A DNA stretch of 64,000 nt from Eledone cirrhosa (lineage: Eukaryota). Positions 11,501 to 22,339 of the stretch are shown here, piece by piece; within the stretch, counting starts at the first letter, position 1, and each line of letters begins with the position of its first letter. A program made the position numbers and the translations under genes. The notes beneath the pieces were generated by a model. It was not told the DNA's origin and did not search any database. It saw only the letters and a program-made list of their open reading frames with translations. The DNA is taken from NCBI GenBank assembly GCA_964016885.1, contig OZ024746.1, positions 100,378,001-100,442,000 of the forward strand, read 5' to 3'.

Positions 11501-14500
11501 TAACTGACATTCTAACTGACATTCTATCTAACATTCTATCTGACATTCTATCTAACATTCTATCTAACATTCTATCTGACATTCTAACTGACTGACATTC
11601 TATCTGACATTCTATCTGACATTCTAACTGACATTCTATCTGACATTCTATCTAACTCTCTATCTGACATTCTATCTGTCATTCTAACTGACATTCTATC
11701 TGACATTCTATCTGACATTCTATCTGACATTCTATCTGACATTCTATCTGACATTCTATCTGACATTCTATCTAACATTCTATCTGACATTCTAACTGAC
11801 ATTCTATCTGACATTCTATCTGACATTCTATCTGACATTCTATCTAACATTCTAATTGACATTCTAACTGACATTCTATCTGACATTCTATCTAACATTC
11901 TATCTAACTTTCTAACTGACATTCTAACTGACATTCTATCTGACATTCTATCTAACTTTCTATCTGACATTCTAACTGACATTCTATCTGACATTCTATC
12001 TAACATTCTATCTGACATTCTAACTGACATTCAATCTAACATTCTATCTGACATTCTAACTGACTGACATTCTATCTGACATTCTATCTGACATTCTAAC
12101 TGACATTCTATCTGACATTCTATCTAACTCTATATCTGACATTCTATCTGACATTCTATCTGATATTCAAACTGACATTCTATCTAACATTCTATCTGAC
12201 AGTCAATCTAACATTCTATCTAACATTCTAAAGGACATTCTATCTAACATTCTATCTGACATTTTATCTGACATTCTATCTAACATTCTATCTGACATTC
12301 TATCTGACATTCTATCTGACATTCTATCTGACATTCTATCTGACATTCTAACTGACATTCTATCTGATATTCTAACTGACATTCTATCTAACATTCTAAC
12401 TGACATTCTATCTGACATTCTATCTGATATTCTCTCTTACATTCTAACTGACATTCTATCTGACATTCTATCTGACATTCTATCTAACATTCTATCTAAC
12501 ATTCTAACTGACATTCTAACTGACATTCTATCTGACATTCTATCTGACATTCTATCTAACTTTCTATCTAACATTCTATCTGACATTCTATCTAACATTC
12601 TATCTAACATTCTAACTAACATGCTAACTGACATTCTATCTGACATTCTATCTAACTTTCTATCTGACATTCTAACTGACATTCTAACTGACATTCTATC
12701 TAACATTCTATCTGACATTCTATCTAACATTCTATCTAACATTCTATCTGACATTCTAAGTGACTGACATTCTATCTGACATTCTATCTGACATTCTAAC
12801 TGACATTCTAACTGACATTCTATCTGACATTCTATCTAACTTTCTATCTGACATTCTAACTGACATTCTAACTGACATTCTATCTAACATTCTATCTGAC
12901 ATTCTATCTAACATTCTATCTAACATTCTATCTGACATTCTAACTGACTGACATTCTATCTGACATTCTATCTGACATTCTAACTGACATTCTATCTGAC
13001 ATTCTATCTAACTCTCTATCTGACATTCTATCTGTCATTCTAACTGACATTCTATCTGACATTCTATCTGACATTCTATCTGACATTCTATCTGACATTC
13101 TATCTGACATTCTATCTAACATTCTATCTGACATTCTAACTGACATTCTATCTGACATTCTATCTGACATTCTATCTGACATTCTATCTAACATTCTAAT
13201 TGACATTCTAACTGACATTCTATCTGACATTCTATCTAACATTCTATCTAACTTTCTATCTAACATTCTATCTGACATTCTATCTAACATTCTATCTAAC
13301 ATTCTAACTGACATTCTAACTGACATTCTATCTGACATTCTATCTAACTTTCTATCTGACATTCTAACTGACATTCTATCTGACATTCTATCTAACATTC
13401 TATCTGACATTCTAACTGACATTCTATCTAACATTCTATCTGACATTCTAACTGACATTCTATCTGACATTCTATCTAACTCTATATCTGACATTCTATC
13501 TGACATTCTATCTGATATTCTAACTGACATTCTATCTAACATTCTATCTGACAGTCAATCTAACATTCTATCTAACATTCTAACGGACATTCTATCTAAC
13601 ATTCTATCTGACATTTTATCTGACATTCTATCTAACATTCTATCTGACATTCTATCTGACATTCTATCTGACATTCTATCTGACATTCTATCTGACATTC
13701 TATCTGACATTCTAACTGACATTCTATCTGATATTCTAACTGACATTCTATCTAACATTCTAACTGACATTCTATCTGACATTCTATCTGATATTCTCTG
13801 TTACATTCTAACTGACATTCTATCCGACATTCTATCTGACATTCTATCTAACATTCTATCTAACATTCTAACTGACATTCTAACTGACATTCTATCTGAC
13901 ATTCTATCTAACATTCTATCTAACTTTCTATCTAACACTCTATCTGACATTCTATCTAACATTCTATCTAACATTCTAACTGACATTCTAACTGACATTC
14001 TATCTGACATTCTATCTAACTTTCTATCTGACATTCTAACTGACATTCTAACTGACATTCTATCTAACATTCTATCTGACATTCTATCTAACATTCTATC
14101 TAACATTCTATCTGACATTCTAACTGACTGACATTCTATCTGACATTCTATCTGACATTCTAACTGACATTCTAACTGACATTCTATCTGACATTCTATC
14201 TAACTTTCTATCTGACATTCTAACTGACATTCTAACTGACATTCTATCTAACATTCTATCTGACATTCTATCTAACATTCTATCTAACATTCTATCTGAC
14301 ATTCTAACTGACTGACATTCTATCTGACATTCTATCTGACATTCTAACTGACATTCTATCTGACATTCTATCTAACTCTCTATCTGACATTCTATCTGTC
14401 ATTCTAACTGACATTCTATCTGACATTCTATCTGACATTCTATCTGACATTCTATCTGACATTCTATCTAACATTCTATCTGACATTCTAACTGACATTC

Positions 14501-15091
14501 TATCTGACATTCTATCTGACATTCTATCTGACATTCTATCTAACATTCTAACTGACATTCTAACTGACATTCTATCTGACATTCTATCTAACATTCTATC
14601 TAACTTTCTATCTAACATTCTATCTGACATTCTATCTAACATTCTATCTAACATTCTAACTGACATTCTAACTGACATTCTATCTGACATTCTATCTAAC
14701 TTTCTATCTGACATTCTAGCTGACATTCTAACTGACATTCTATCTAACATTCTATCTGACATTCTAACTGACATTCTATCTAACATTCTATCTGACATTC
14801 TAACTGACTGACATTCTATCTGACATTCTATCTGACATTCTAACTGATATTCTATCTGACATTCTATCTAACTCTCTATCTGACATTCTATCTGACATTC
14901 TAACTGACATTCTATCTGACATTCTATCTGACATTCTATCTGACATTCTATCTAACATTCTATCTAACTTTCTATCTGACATTCTAACTGACATTCTATC
15001 TGACATTCTAACTGACATTCTATCTAACATTCTATCTGACATTCTAACTGACATTCTATCTGACATTCTATCTGACATCTGACATTCTAAC
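8545..15091. repeat. 12-bp satellite array, right arm
   Basis: Same monomer and variants as the left arm; ends abruptly at about 15091. Confidence 0.98.
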
Positions 15092-15699
15092 AACTCTTTA
15101 TTTGTTGGAGAACTGTGAAAGAAAGGTCAAATAAAGGTGCTTGTCGTATTTCACTGGGTTTTGTTTCAGAAACCCAACAAAGATACGAAAGCGTACGAGA
15201 GACATAATCACTGACCTAAATCACAATGACTGATCTTTTCTACACGTGTGAATTTACCTTCACGTGACTTTTGCCAGTAAATATTGAGTCACGTTTAAAG
15301 GATTTATAATGCTGTCCCCTCCATTTACGTCTCCTCTGACAAGCATCTTATTACGAATTATTTCAACGTTGGCCAGTCTGTCTGTTCATGTCCAACTTTA
15401 TGTGACCTGTTTTCATTTTTAATTTGTCTTTTTATTTTCGGGCTGGGGTGGGAGTGGGGTGCTAATCTACTTATTTATTCATTTGTTTTATAACAAACCA
15501 AATTAGAGTAAAATTAAATTAAACGCCATTTTTGAGCCCCACATGAACTAAAATTAATATGCAACAAAATTAAATGTTTTATAGTTTCGTTTTTTTTTTG
15601 TTGTTGTTTATTTAAACTGTTTAAACTTTATTCTATTTAAACAAATAAATAAATAAACAAATAAATAAATAAATTTATAAATAAATAAATAAGCAATAC

Positions 15700-16125
15700 T
15701 TTAATTGAGATATCACAGCTCCGATACTATGTGGTTGAAGTGTTTCAGATCAGAGAGTCGCTCCAGGTAGAACCTCTACTTCTCCTAATTGAGAGATCAC
15801 AGCTCCGATACTATGGACATGTGGTTAGAATGTCTCAGGAAAGAATCTCGGACAGATTTTACGAACAAAACCAACTGGCAGGAGACCCAGTGGCAGACCC
15901 CGAGCGAGATGTTTGGATAACATCCATGAGCTTGGCTGGTCTCGCTTGGGGATCCAGTTGGATCTGTTGGAGACAGTTGCTTCTGATAGGATCCGCTGGA
16001 AGCAGTATTTGAGGACTTTGCCCTCACGACTCTCTCAGGAATAAGTGTGTGAAGAAGAAGAAGAAGAAGAAGAAGAAGAAGAAGAAGAAGAAGAAGAAGA
16101 AGAAGAAGAAGAAGAAGAAGAAGAA
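15700..16125 (+). mobile_element. RTE-clade LINE 3' fragment with (GAA)n tail
   Basis: IERSQLRYYGHVVRM is a typical RTE C-terminal motif, followed by (GAA)~25. Related pieces lie at about 24640-24900, 29935-30172, 30748-30893 (all -) and 35660-35845 (+). Confidence 0.75.
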
Positions 16126-16223
16126 AATACACTATCGGATCATTTAAGAGAATTCTCTTCATAATTGCGTTGATATCTTTTCATAATTAAAGTGTGTGAA
16201 AGTTATATCTCTTTCTATTTCAA

Positions 16224-16279
<56 letters not shown>

Positions 16280-16401
16280 CTCTGGGGGAAATCTGCCGTA
16301 TTCAGATTTTGAGAGGTGATGGGCTCTGTCAATTGTAAAAATGCCCTAGAAACGCCCATACGACACCCCAGGGCTTACGGGACCATGTTATGCATGCAAC
16401 A

Positions 16402-16596
16402 TCTATATACTACTAAAACTCGGTGATTACTTGCTTGTCTGTAATGTAATACAGCCAAAAGGACGCATAATGGGAAAATACTTTGAAAGGAAGTTGACCC
16501 TGAAATGAGAATACAAATGGAATAAAACAAGTTTCCCGTAAATCGGAGCACGGGTTCCCGAGATACCTTCCGGGTACCTTCATAAATAGAGAGAGA

Positions 16597-16666
<70 letters not shown>

Positions 16667-17043
16667 GAGATAGTGGTTGTAAGAGAGTAGATTGAGAGAG
16701 AGACATAGAGAGAGGGAGAGGAGACGGAGAAGGAGAATGGAAGAGAGCTGGTGTTGTGCATATATATGTGAGTGTGGGTGTATATGTGTGTGTGTGTCTA
16801 TGACCAGTGTATATAGATCACAGACACCCACATATATATATATATACACACACATACATACATATATATAAGTATACACACACATTTATATATCTACATA
16901 TGCACACATATATATATAGGCCTTCCAGTTTCATTTCACATTATATACATGTCTGTGTATTTTAATTATCTAAAAATAATTTTTAAGTGAACATGATGTT
17001 TAAAAAATAATTTGAAGTGAACGTGACCTAACGGGTGGTCTAG
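16402..17043 (+). mobile_element. Non-autonomous Helitron
   Basis: A|TCTATATACTACTAAAACTC ... GGTGGTCTAG|T termini with no TSD, internal (GA)n and (TA)n, and a homologous copy at 48754-49333. Confidence 0.82.
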
Positions 17044-17201
17044 TTTTCAATACTCTATGTTGTCTCTCCATCACAACTCCGCCATTAACACAAACAAAAA
17101 AGAATCAGAACGTTTCAGACGATAAATAGAAAACAAGAAAGTAAAGACTCCACAATAAATAAAACAGGTAAAAGAAAGAAAACTTGAGACTCACCTGCAG
17201 T

Positions 17202-17262
<61 letters not shown>

Positions 17263-17403
17263 TACATCATTCTATTCCATTTATCGTTTTCGGTGTGCCC
17301 GGTCGACTGAACTCACTCGATATGCAAATTAGGCTGCTCAGCCGTTAATATGCATAAGGAAAGTATATACTTTCAGACGTTCAACCATCTGGCAGGAAGG
17401 TAT

Positions 17404-17446
17404 ACGATGCTGACGATAGCTAATAAGCTTGAAACTAGTACATCGT
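17404..17446 (+). ncRNA. Minimal type I hammerhead ribozyme motif (Penelope pLTR-like context)
   Basis: ACGATG-CTGACGA-T-AGCT-AATA-AGCT-T-GAAA-CTAGT-A-CATCGT: stem I ACGATG/CATCGT, palindromic stem III ACTAGT, GUA cleavage triplet, AATAAA downstream. Confidence 0.75.
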
Positions 17447-17724
17447 TCCTGTGTCAGTGTTGAATAAAAAGGTGACGTGGTTGCCTAAACACTGTACGGC
17501 GTAATTCGGGCTGTTTGTTTGTTTACAAACAAACAAACCGAGCATTATAATAAATGTTCGGTAAACCGATACGTGCATATATATATATATGTGTGCATGT
17601 ATGTATATATATATATACTACTACTGTACGTCTGTATACATATATGTATGTACGTATACATACTTACATTTAAGTAAGTGCCGTACTAAGAGTGAGAAAT
17701 GAAATTTCATTTCATTCTATTCCA

Positions 17725-17975
17725 TTTATATATATATATATACACATACACACATGGACACATACACACACATAAACACATACACACGTACACACACATA
17801 TACACATACACTCACATACACACATACACACACATACATAGATGCACACACACACACAGACATGTATATACAGATATACACACACACATATAGACACATA
17901 TACACATACACACACATTGACACATACACATACAAATATACATATATACACAGACACACACACACATACACACAC
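17725..17975. repeat. Degenerate (TA)/(CA) microsatellite
   Basis: Low-complexity sequence that explains the HT/VC-rich ORFs here. Confidence 0.9.
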
Positions 17976-18129
17976 GGGATTTTTTTTCTTCTTTTTTTAC
18001 AATTTAAAAACAAAACAGCTTGCTCAGCAACGAAGTCTGTCTTGCCATTGAAAGTCTGGAAAATACTTTAACGAATAATGAGAAATAACTGCTTCTATTT
18101 GTAGGCACAAGGCCAGCAATTACCCCAGT

Positions 18130-20250
18130 GGTCAATACTGGAAACAGCTCTGCAGAAAATGTCGAAAAGGAAATCACCAGGCCCAGACCTCATAACAGGA
18201 TACTGGCTGAAGAATTTCACCTTCTATCGGCAAGATCTCATACGGCTGTTTAGAGAAACCATCAAAGGGACACAAGAACTGCCCCAATGGTTATCAACTG
18301 CCACTACTCTCCCTATTCCACAAAATAGCCAAACCACCTTTGCTAAAAATTACCGCCCAATAGCCTGCCACAACATCATGTATAAATTATACACTGGGTG
18401 CCTTAATCTGTTCTTACAGGATCACTGTGCCACCAACAAAATTATAACACCTGAGCAAGCTGGTGGAAGCGTGGGGCTGCGTAGATCACCTATTAACAAA
18501 TAGAATGATACAGGAAAAAACAGCAAAGAATCGCAGAAACATGACTATGGTGTGGCTGGACTATCAGAAGGCTTTTGATAGTATACCTCATGGGTGGATT
18601 ATTAAGGCTTTACAGTTAGCCAATGTCCCACAAATACTAATAGCTGCTGTTGAACGCCAGACCAAGAACTGGTACATCAATTGATCCTTAGGAGTGAGAA
18701 GGAGAAAATTAAGACTGATACAATACACTACCAGAAAGGTATCTTTCAGGGTGATAGCTTATCAGTGCTGCTCTTCGTCCTCTCACTAAACCCACTGTCA
18801 TACCTGCTCACAAAATAAAGTGGTCATGGAAATGAGTCCAGAAATATCTCCCATCTTTTCTTTGTTGATGACTTGAAGTTGTATGGGCCAAATATCAACT
18901 ATATTAAAACACAATTGGACCTCATTACACAATTTTCTGCAGACATCAGAATGACATTTGGTGAGTCTAAATGTACATATTTGACAGTAAAACGTGGAAG
19001 AGATGTGCCCTCCTCTAGAAATCTAGAGATGAACGGCCTGACAATACAACCTCTACAGTCAGGTGACAACTACAGATATCTTGGACAGGATGAGAATGTC
19101 AGATATGATGGACCCATAAATAAGGAAAGAACCAGAACTGAATAGAGAGTAAAGAAAATATGGGCATCAGAACTGTCAGCGTACAACAAATACATTGCCC
19201 ACAATACTTATGCTGTGCCAATCCTAATGCCAACATTTGGCCTGCTGAACTGGTCATTTCAAGAACAAAGTGAGATGGATGTAAGAACTCGCAAGCTTCT
19301 CAGTGTTACTGGAAACTTTAACATCAATGGTGATGTGGATAGGCTATACTTCTCATGCAATGAAGGTGGCCGGGGTCTAAAATCCATATTAACATCATAG
19401 GAGACTCGGATAGTAACACTGAAGCAACATCTTCAGCAGAATAAAAAGGTCAGCAACCATCTTGCCCAGGTTTATGAGCATGAAGGTAATATTATCATTA
19501 GGCTAGCCACTGATCTGGAAGAGAGATATGGAATAAGGCCTGATATAAATCTCTCTCCCAGGGAAATTGGAAGATCCTATTCTATGTTCAAACAAGATAA
19601 AAAAATGGACCAATTTACAGAGAAAGTTGTGCATGGGTACCTGAGACCATGGAGGGGATAAATCATTCAAAAAGCCTGTTCCGACAAATTTATGACATCC
19701 CACATTGAAGGATATCTCTATGCAATACAGGAACAAGAAATCCCTACGCAAAAGTGGAGGGCCATCAGTCGACAATAAATGTAGGCTTTGTAAAACAAAG
19801 ATCGAAGATGTTAGCCACATTGTTGCGAACTGCGAAAGAATGTCGTCTCGCTACTACCTCCCTATGAGACACGATGTGATAGCTAGAACAAAATTAAAAA
19901 CAAATGAGGAGGAATATGTTGAGATAGGTGGCAGTAAAGAATACTGGTGGAACCTGAAAATAAAACCTGCCACCAAATTAAAGCACAACCAGCCTGATAT
20001 TGCTGTTTGGGACCACACATTGAAAACGTGTTCTGTTGTGGAGATCAGCTGCCCACTAGATTTCAAAGTTGTCGGAAAAATACAGGAGAAGCAGGACATC
20101 TACAGACCATTGATGAGAAGTTTGCAGATCCAGTATCCAAGATACACCTTCAGCTTCATAACCATCATTATTGGAGCTACAGGTTGTATACCAGCTTACT
20201 TGGACCAAAGTATAACTGAATTTGGATTTGTGGACAAAGACTTTCTGGAA
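18130..20250 (+). mobile_element. Degraded R4/Dong-clade non-LTR element (RT + CCHC + restriction-like endonuclease)
   Basis: KSPGPDLITGYWLK, NYRPIAC, WLDYQKAFDSIPH, GIFQGDSLS, HLFFVDDLKLY, CRLC..HIVANC, RHD, QPDIAV..VVEISCP. Several stops and frameshifts. Confidence 0.82.
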
Positions 20251-21218
20251 TGAGATTGAGGAAATCTTCATTGACGACAGACGGTTGATTCAAAAGATCA
20301 TCAAAGTGCTCTCGCCACCTTCGTAGAATTCCTTGTGGGTCACGAAGAAGTTCTTTGCCATCCTTGCTGCAAAGCGGTGTCACCAGAGAAGAATACGGTC
20401 CATAAACCTCACGCAAGAGACTGTACTTTGTGTTATTGGAATCTGACGCAGTTTGTATCTCACCAGCCTTCTCACTCCACCACTGATCCTTCATCTGAGA
20501 AAGACTCCGCCTAACACGTGATTTTACATCCTTGAGTTCCTCATGCAACGTATTCCTCTCCTGTGGTTTTGCCGTCAAGTAGCGTGACAGAGCACGCCTC
20601 TTATCAGCCAACAAGTCTTCTATATGTACATCATTCTCATTAAACCAGTCCTGATGTTTTCTCTGCACCAATCCCAGAACACGCCTGCCTACATCATAAA
20701 CCGACTTTTTAAGGATCGGCCAATCCTCACCAAGATCTGCAGCCTGCATCTCTTCTTCCAATGTCCTCTTCACATTTTTATCCTTAAGACGAGCAGCATT
20801 CAATCTTTTTGGGCAGGGCAACACCAGGAGCCCGGATTTTACGTTTAGTGATTAGTTTCACTTTTGCGCGTACCAGGTGGTGGTCTGTCCAGCACTCAGC
20901 TCCACGAAGAGCACGAACACACTGCACATCCTGTCTGTCACGCATCCTGACTAGGACGTAGTCCAAAAGATGCCATTCCTTAGATGCAGGATGCATCCAT
21001 GTGGTCTTGAATTTGTTCTTTTGTTGGAACATGGTGTTGGTAACACACAGATCCAGCTCCTCACACATCTGCAGCAGGAGCATACCATTGCTGTTACACT
21101 TTCCCACCCCATGTCTTCCGATTACATTCCATGTGTTAAAATCCCTACCCACTCTAGCATTAAAGTCACCAAGCACGATGACTTTGTCTGCCTGAGGGAT
21201 ATTTCTTAAAACACCTTT
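20251..21218 (-). mobile_element. RTE-clade LINE fragment (APE domain and linker)
   Basis: VLGDFNARVG, TWMHPASKEWHLLDYVLVR, TDHHLV, KHQDWFNEN, RWREHFDDLLN; one frameshift. Confidence 0.87.
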
Positions 21219-21953
21219 CAATTAGTCTTTTACCTTAAATTTATTTAAATGTCCTTAATTTTCGAGATAATATCTCTTCTTCGGAGGGAAGTAAAGCGGT
21301 TAAACCAGTGTTCTAAATAGCTTGCCAAGAACACCTCAACACTAAGGCTTCCTCCTTTAAGAAACACCTAGTGAAATGCTAAAACACCGACAAAACCATA
21401 ACAGTTAGGATAGAAACTAAGGAAAGAAACCTCGGCAATCTTCGAATTAAGGAAGCACTAATTATAGACAAAACACAACCACCAATCAATAATGGACTAG
21501 AACTCAACACCCAATTTATAACTTGATAGAGCATCTAGCCCCATACTTACACCCCCCTCCCACACACACGCCTACACTTCCACTTATTCTCTCTCACACA
21601 CACACATACACACACAAAGACCAGTTCTAACACGAGAGAGCATCTATCCCCCACATTTACGTATAGACATATCTTCTCACACTCACACACACACATACTT
21701 ACACCTTCAAGTATTCTCCCACACACTTAAACACACATGTACAAAACCCCTTTTAAAGGGAGACTACTCTTTATCCACCTAACCCTAATTCTTTGACATT
21801 AGAGATAGAACAGATACTCTATACCATTTCCTGTCACCATGACTTGGCAAGCTATTTAGAACACTGGTTTAACCGCTTTACTTCCCTCCGAAGAAGAGAT
21901 ATTACCTCGAAAATTAAGGACATTTAAATAAATTTAAGGTAAAAGACTAATTG
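21219..21953 (+). mobile_element. Penelope-like element (PLE) remnant: GIY-YIG C-terminus + pLTR, with an inverted pLTR copy at the 5' end
   Basis: 21329-21527 reads EHLNTKASSFKKHLVKC*...NLRIKEALIIDKTQPPINN. 111-bp inverted repeats at 21219-21329 and 21843-21953 differ by one mismatch. Confidence 0.82.
21885..21919 (+). ncRNA. Variant minimal hammerhead motif in the PLE pLTR (mirror copy on - strand at 21253-21287)
   Basis: CCT-CCGAAGA-A-GAG(ATATTAC)CTC-GAAA-ATT-A-AGG. The core is CCGA rather than CTGA, and stem III is the palindrome AATT. Confidence 0.5.
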
Positions 21954-22220
21954 TCAACAATATCTTCTGCATTTGCATTTATATTCTATGTCCATACCGG
22001 CTTTACAAATACAAACGTTTACACACACACACATATATTTATATATATATATATATATAAAACAAAATTGTCGCTCTACATGGCTGAATACAATAAATGT
22101 AATCTGAGTTTTTCGAATATTAATAATAACACTCGATTCGTTTGCAATTACGCAAACAAGCCTCAGTTTTATAACCATGTCAGTAGAATGAACCCTTCAT
22201 TCTTGCTCTTGTGTTGACAT

Positions 22221-22286
22221 GTGAACAGAACTGCAGACACTAATGTTTCTGGGTATCACCCTTCATCAGTACAGCTCACTGTTCAC
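22221..22286 (-). ncRNA. Type I hammerhead ribozyme with extended stem I
   Basis: Minus strand GTGAACAG-TGA-GCTGTA-CTGATGA-A-GGGT-GAT-ACCC-A-GAA-ACA-TTAG-TGT-C-TGCAGT-T-CTGTTCAC: canonical core with a GUC triplet. Confidence 0.82.
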
Positions 22287-22339
22287 CTGCCAAACTGTCA
22301 TAGCTAGTGAAAATATATGCTATTTCCAAAATACACAGT

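Noticed and set aside
19-15093. Many MSDR/MLDR and DILS repeat ORFs, superficially Met/Asp/Arg-rich like reflectins
   Set aside because: They are translations of a 12-bp satellite. Frames are broken repeatedly by 4-bp insertions and stops, and the Tyr/Trp/Gly content of reflectins is absent.
17186-17202. Minus-strand splice donor CAG|GTGAGT
   Set aside because: It abuts (CA)/(TA) microsatellites with no definable exon or frame.
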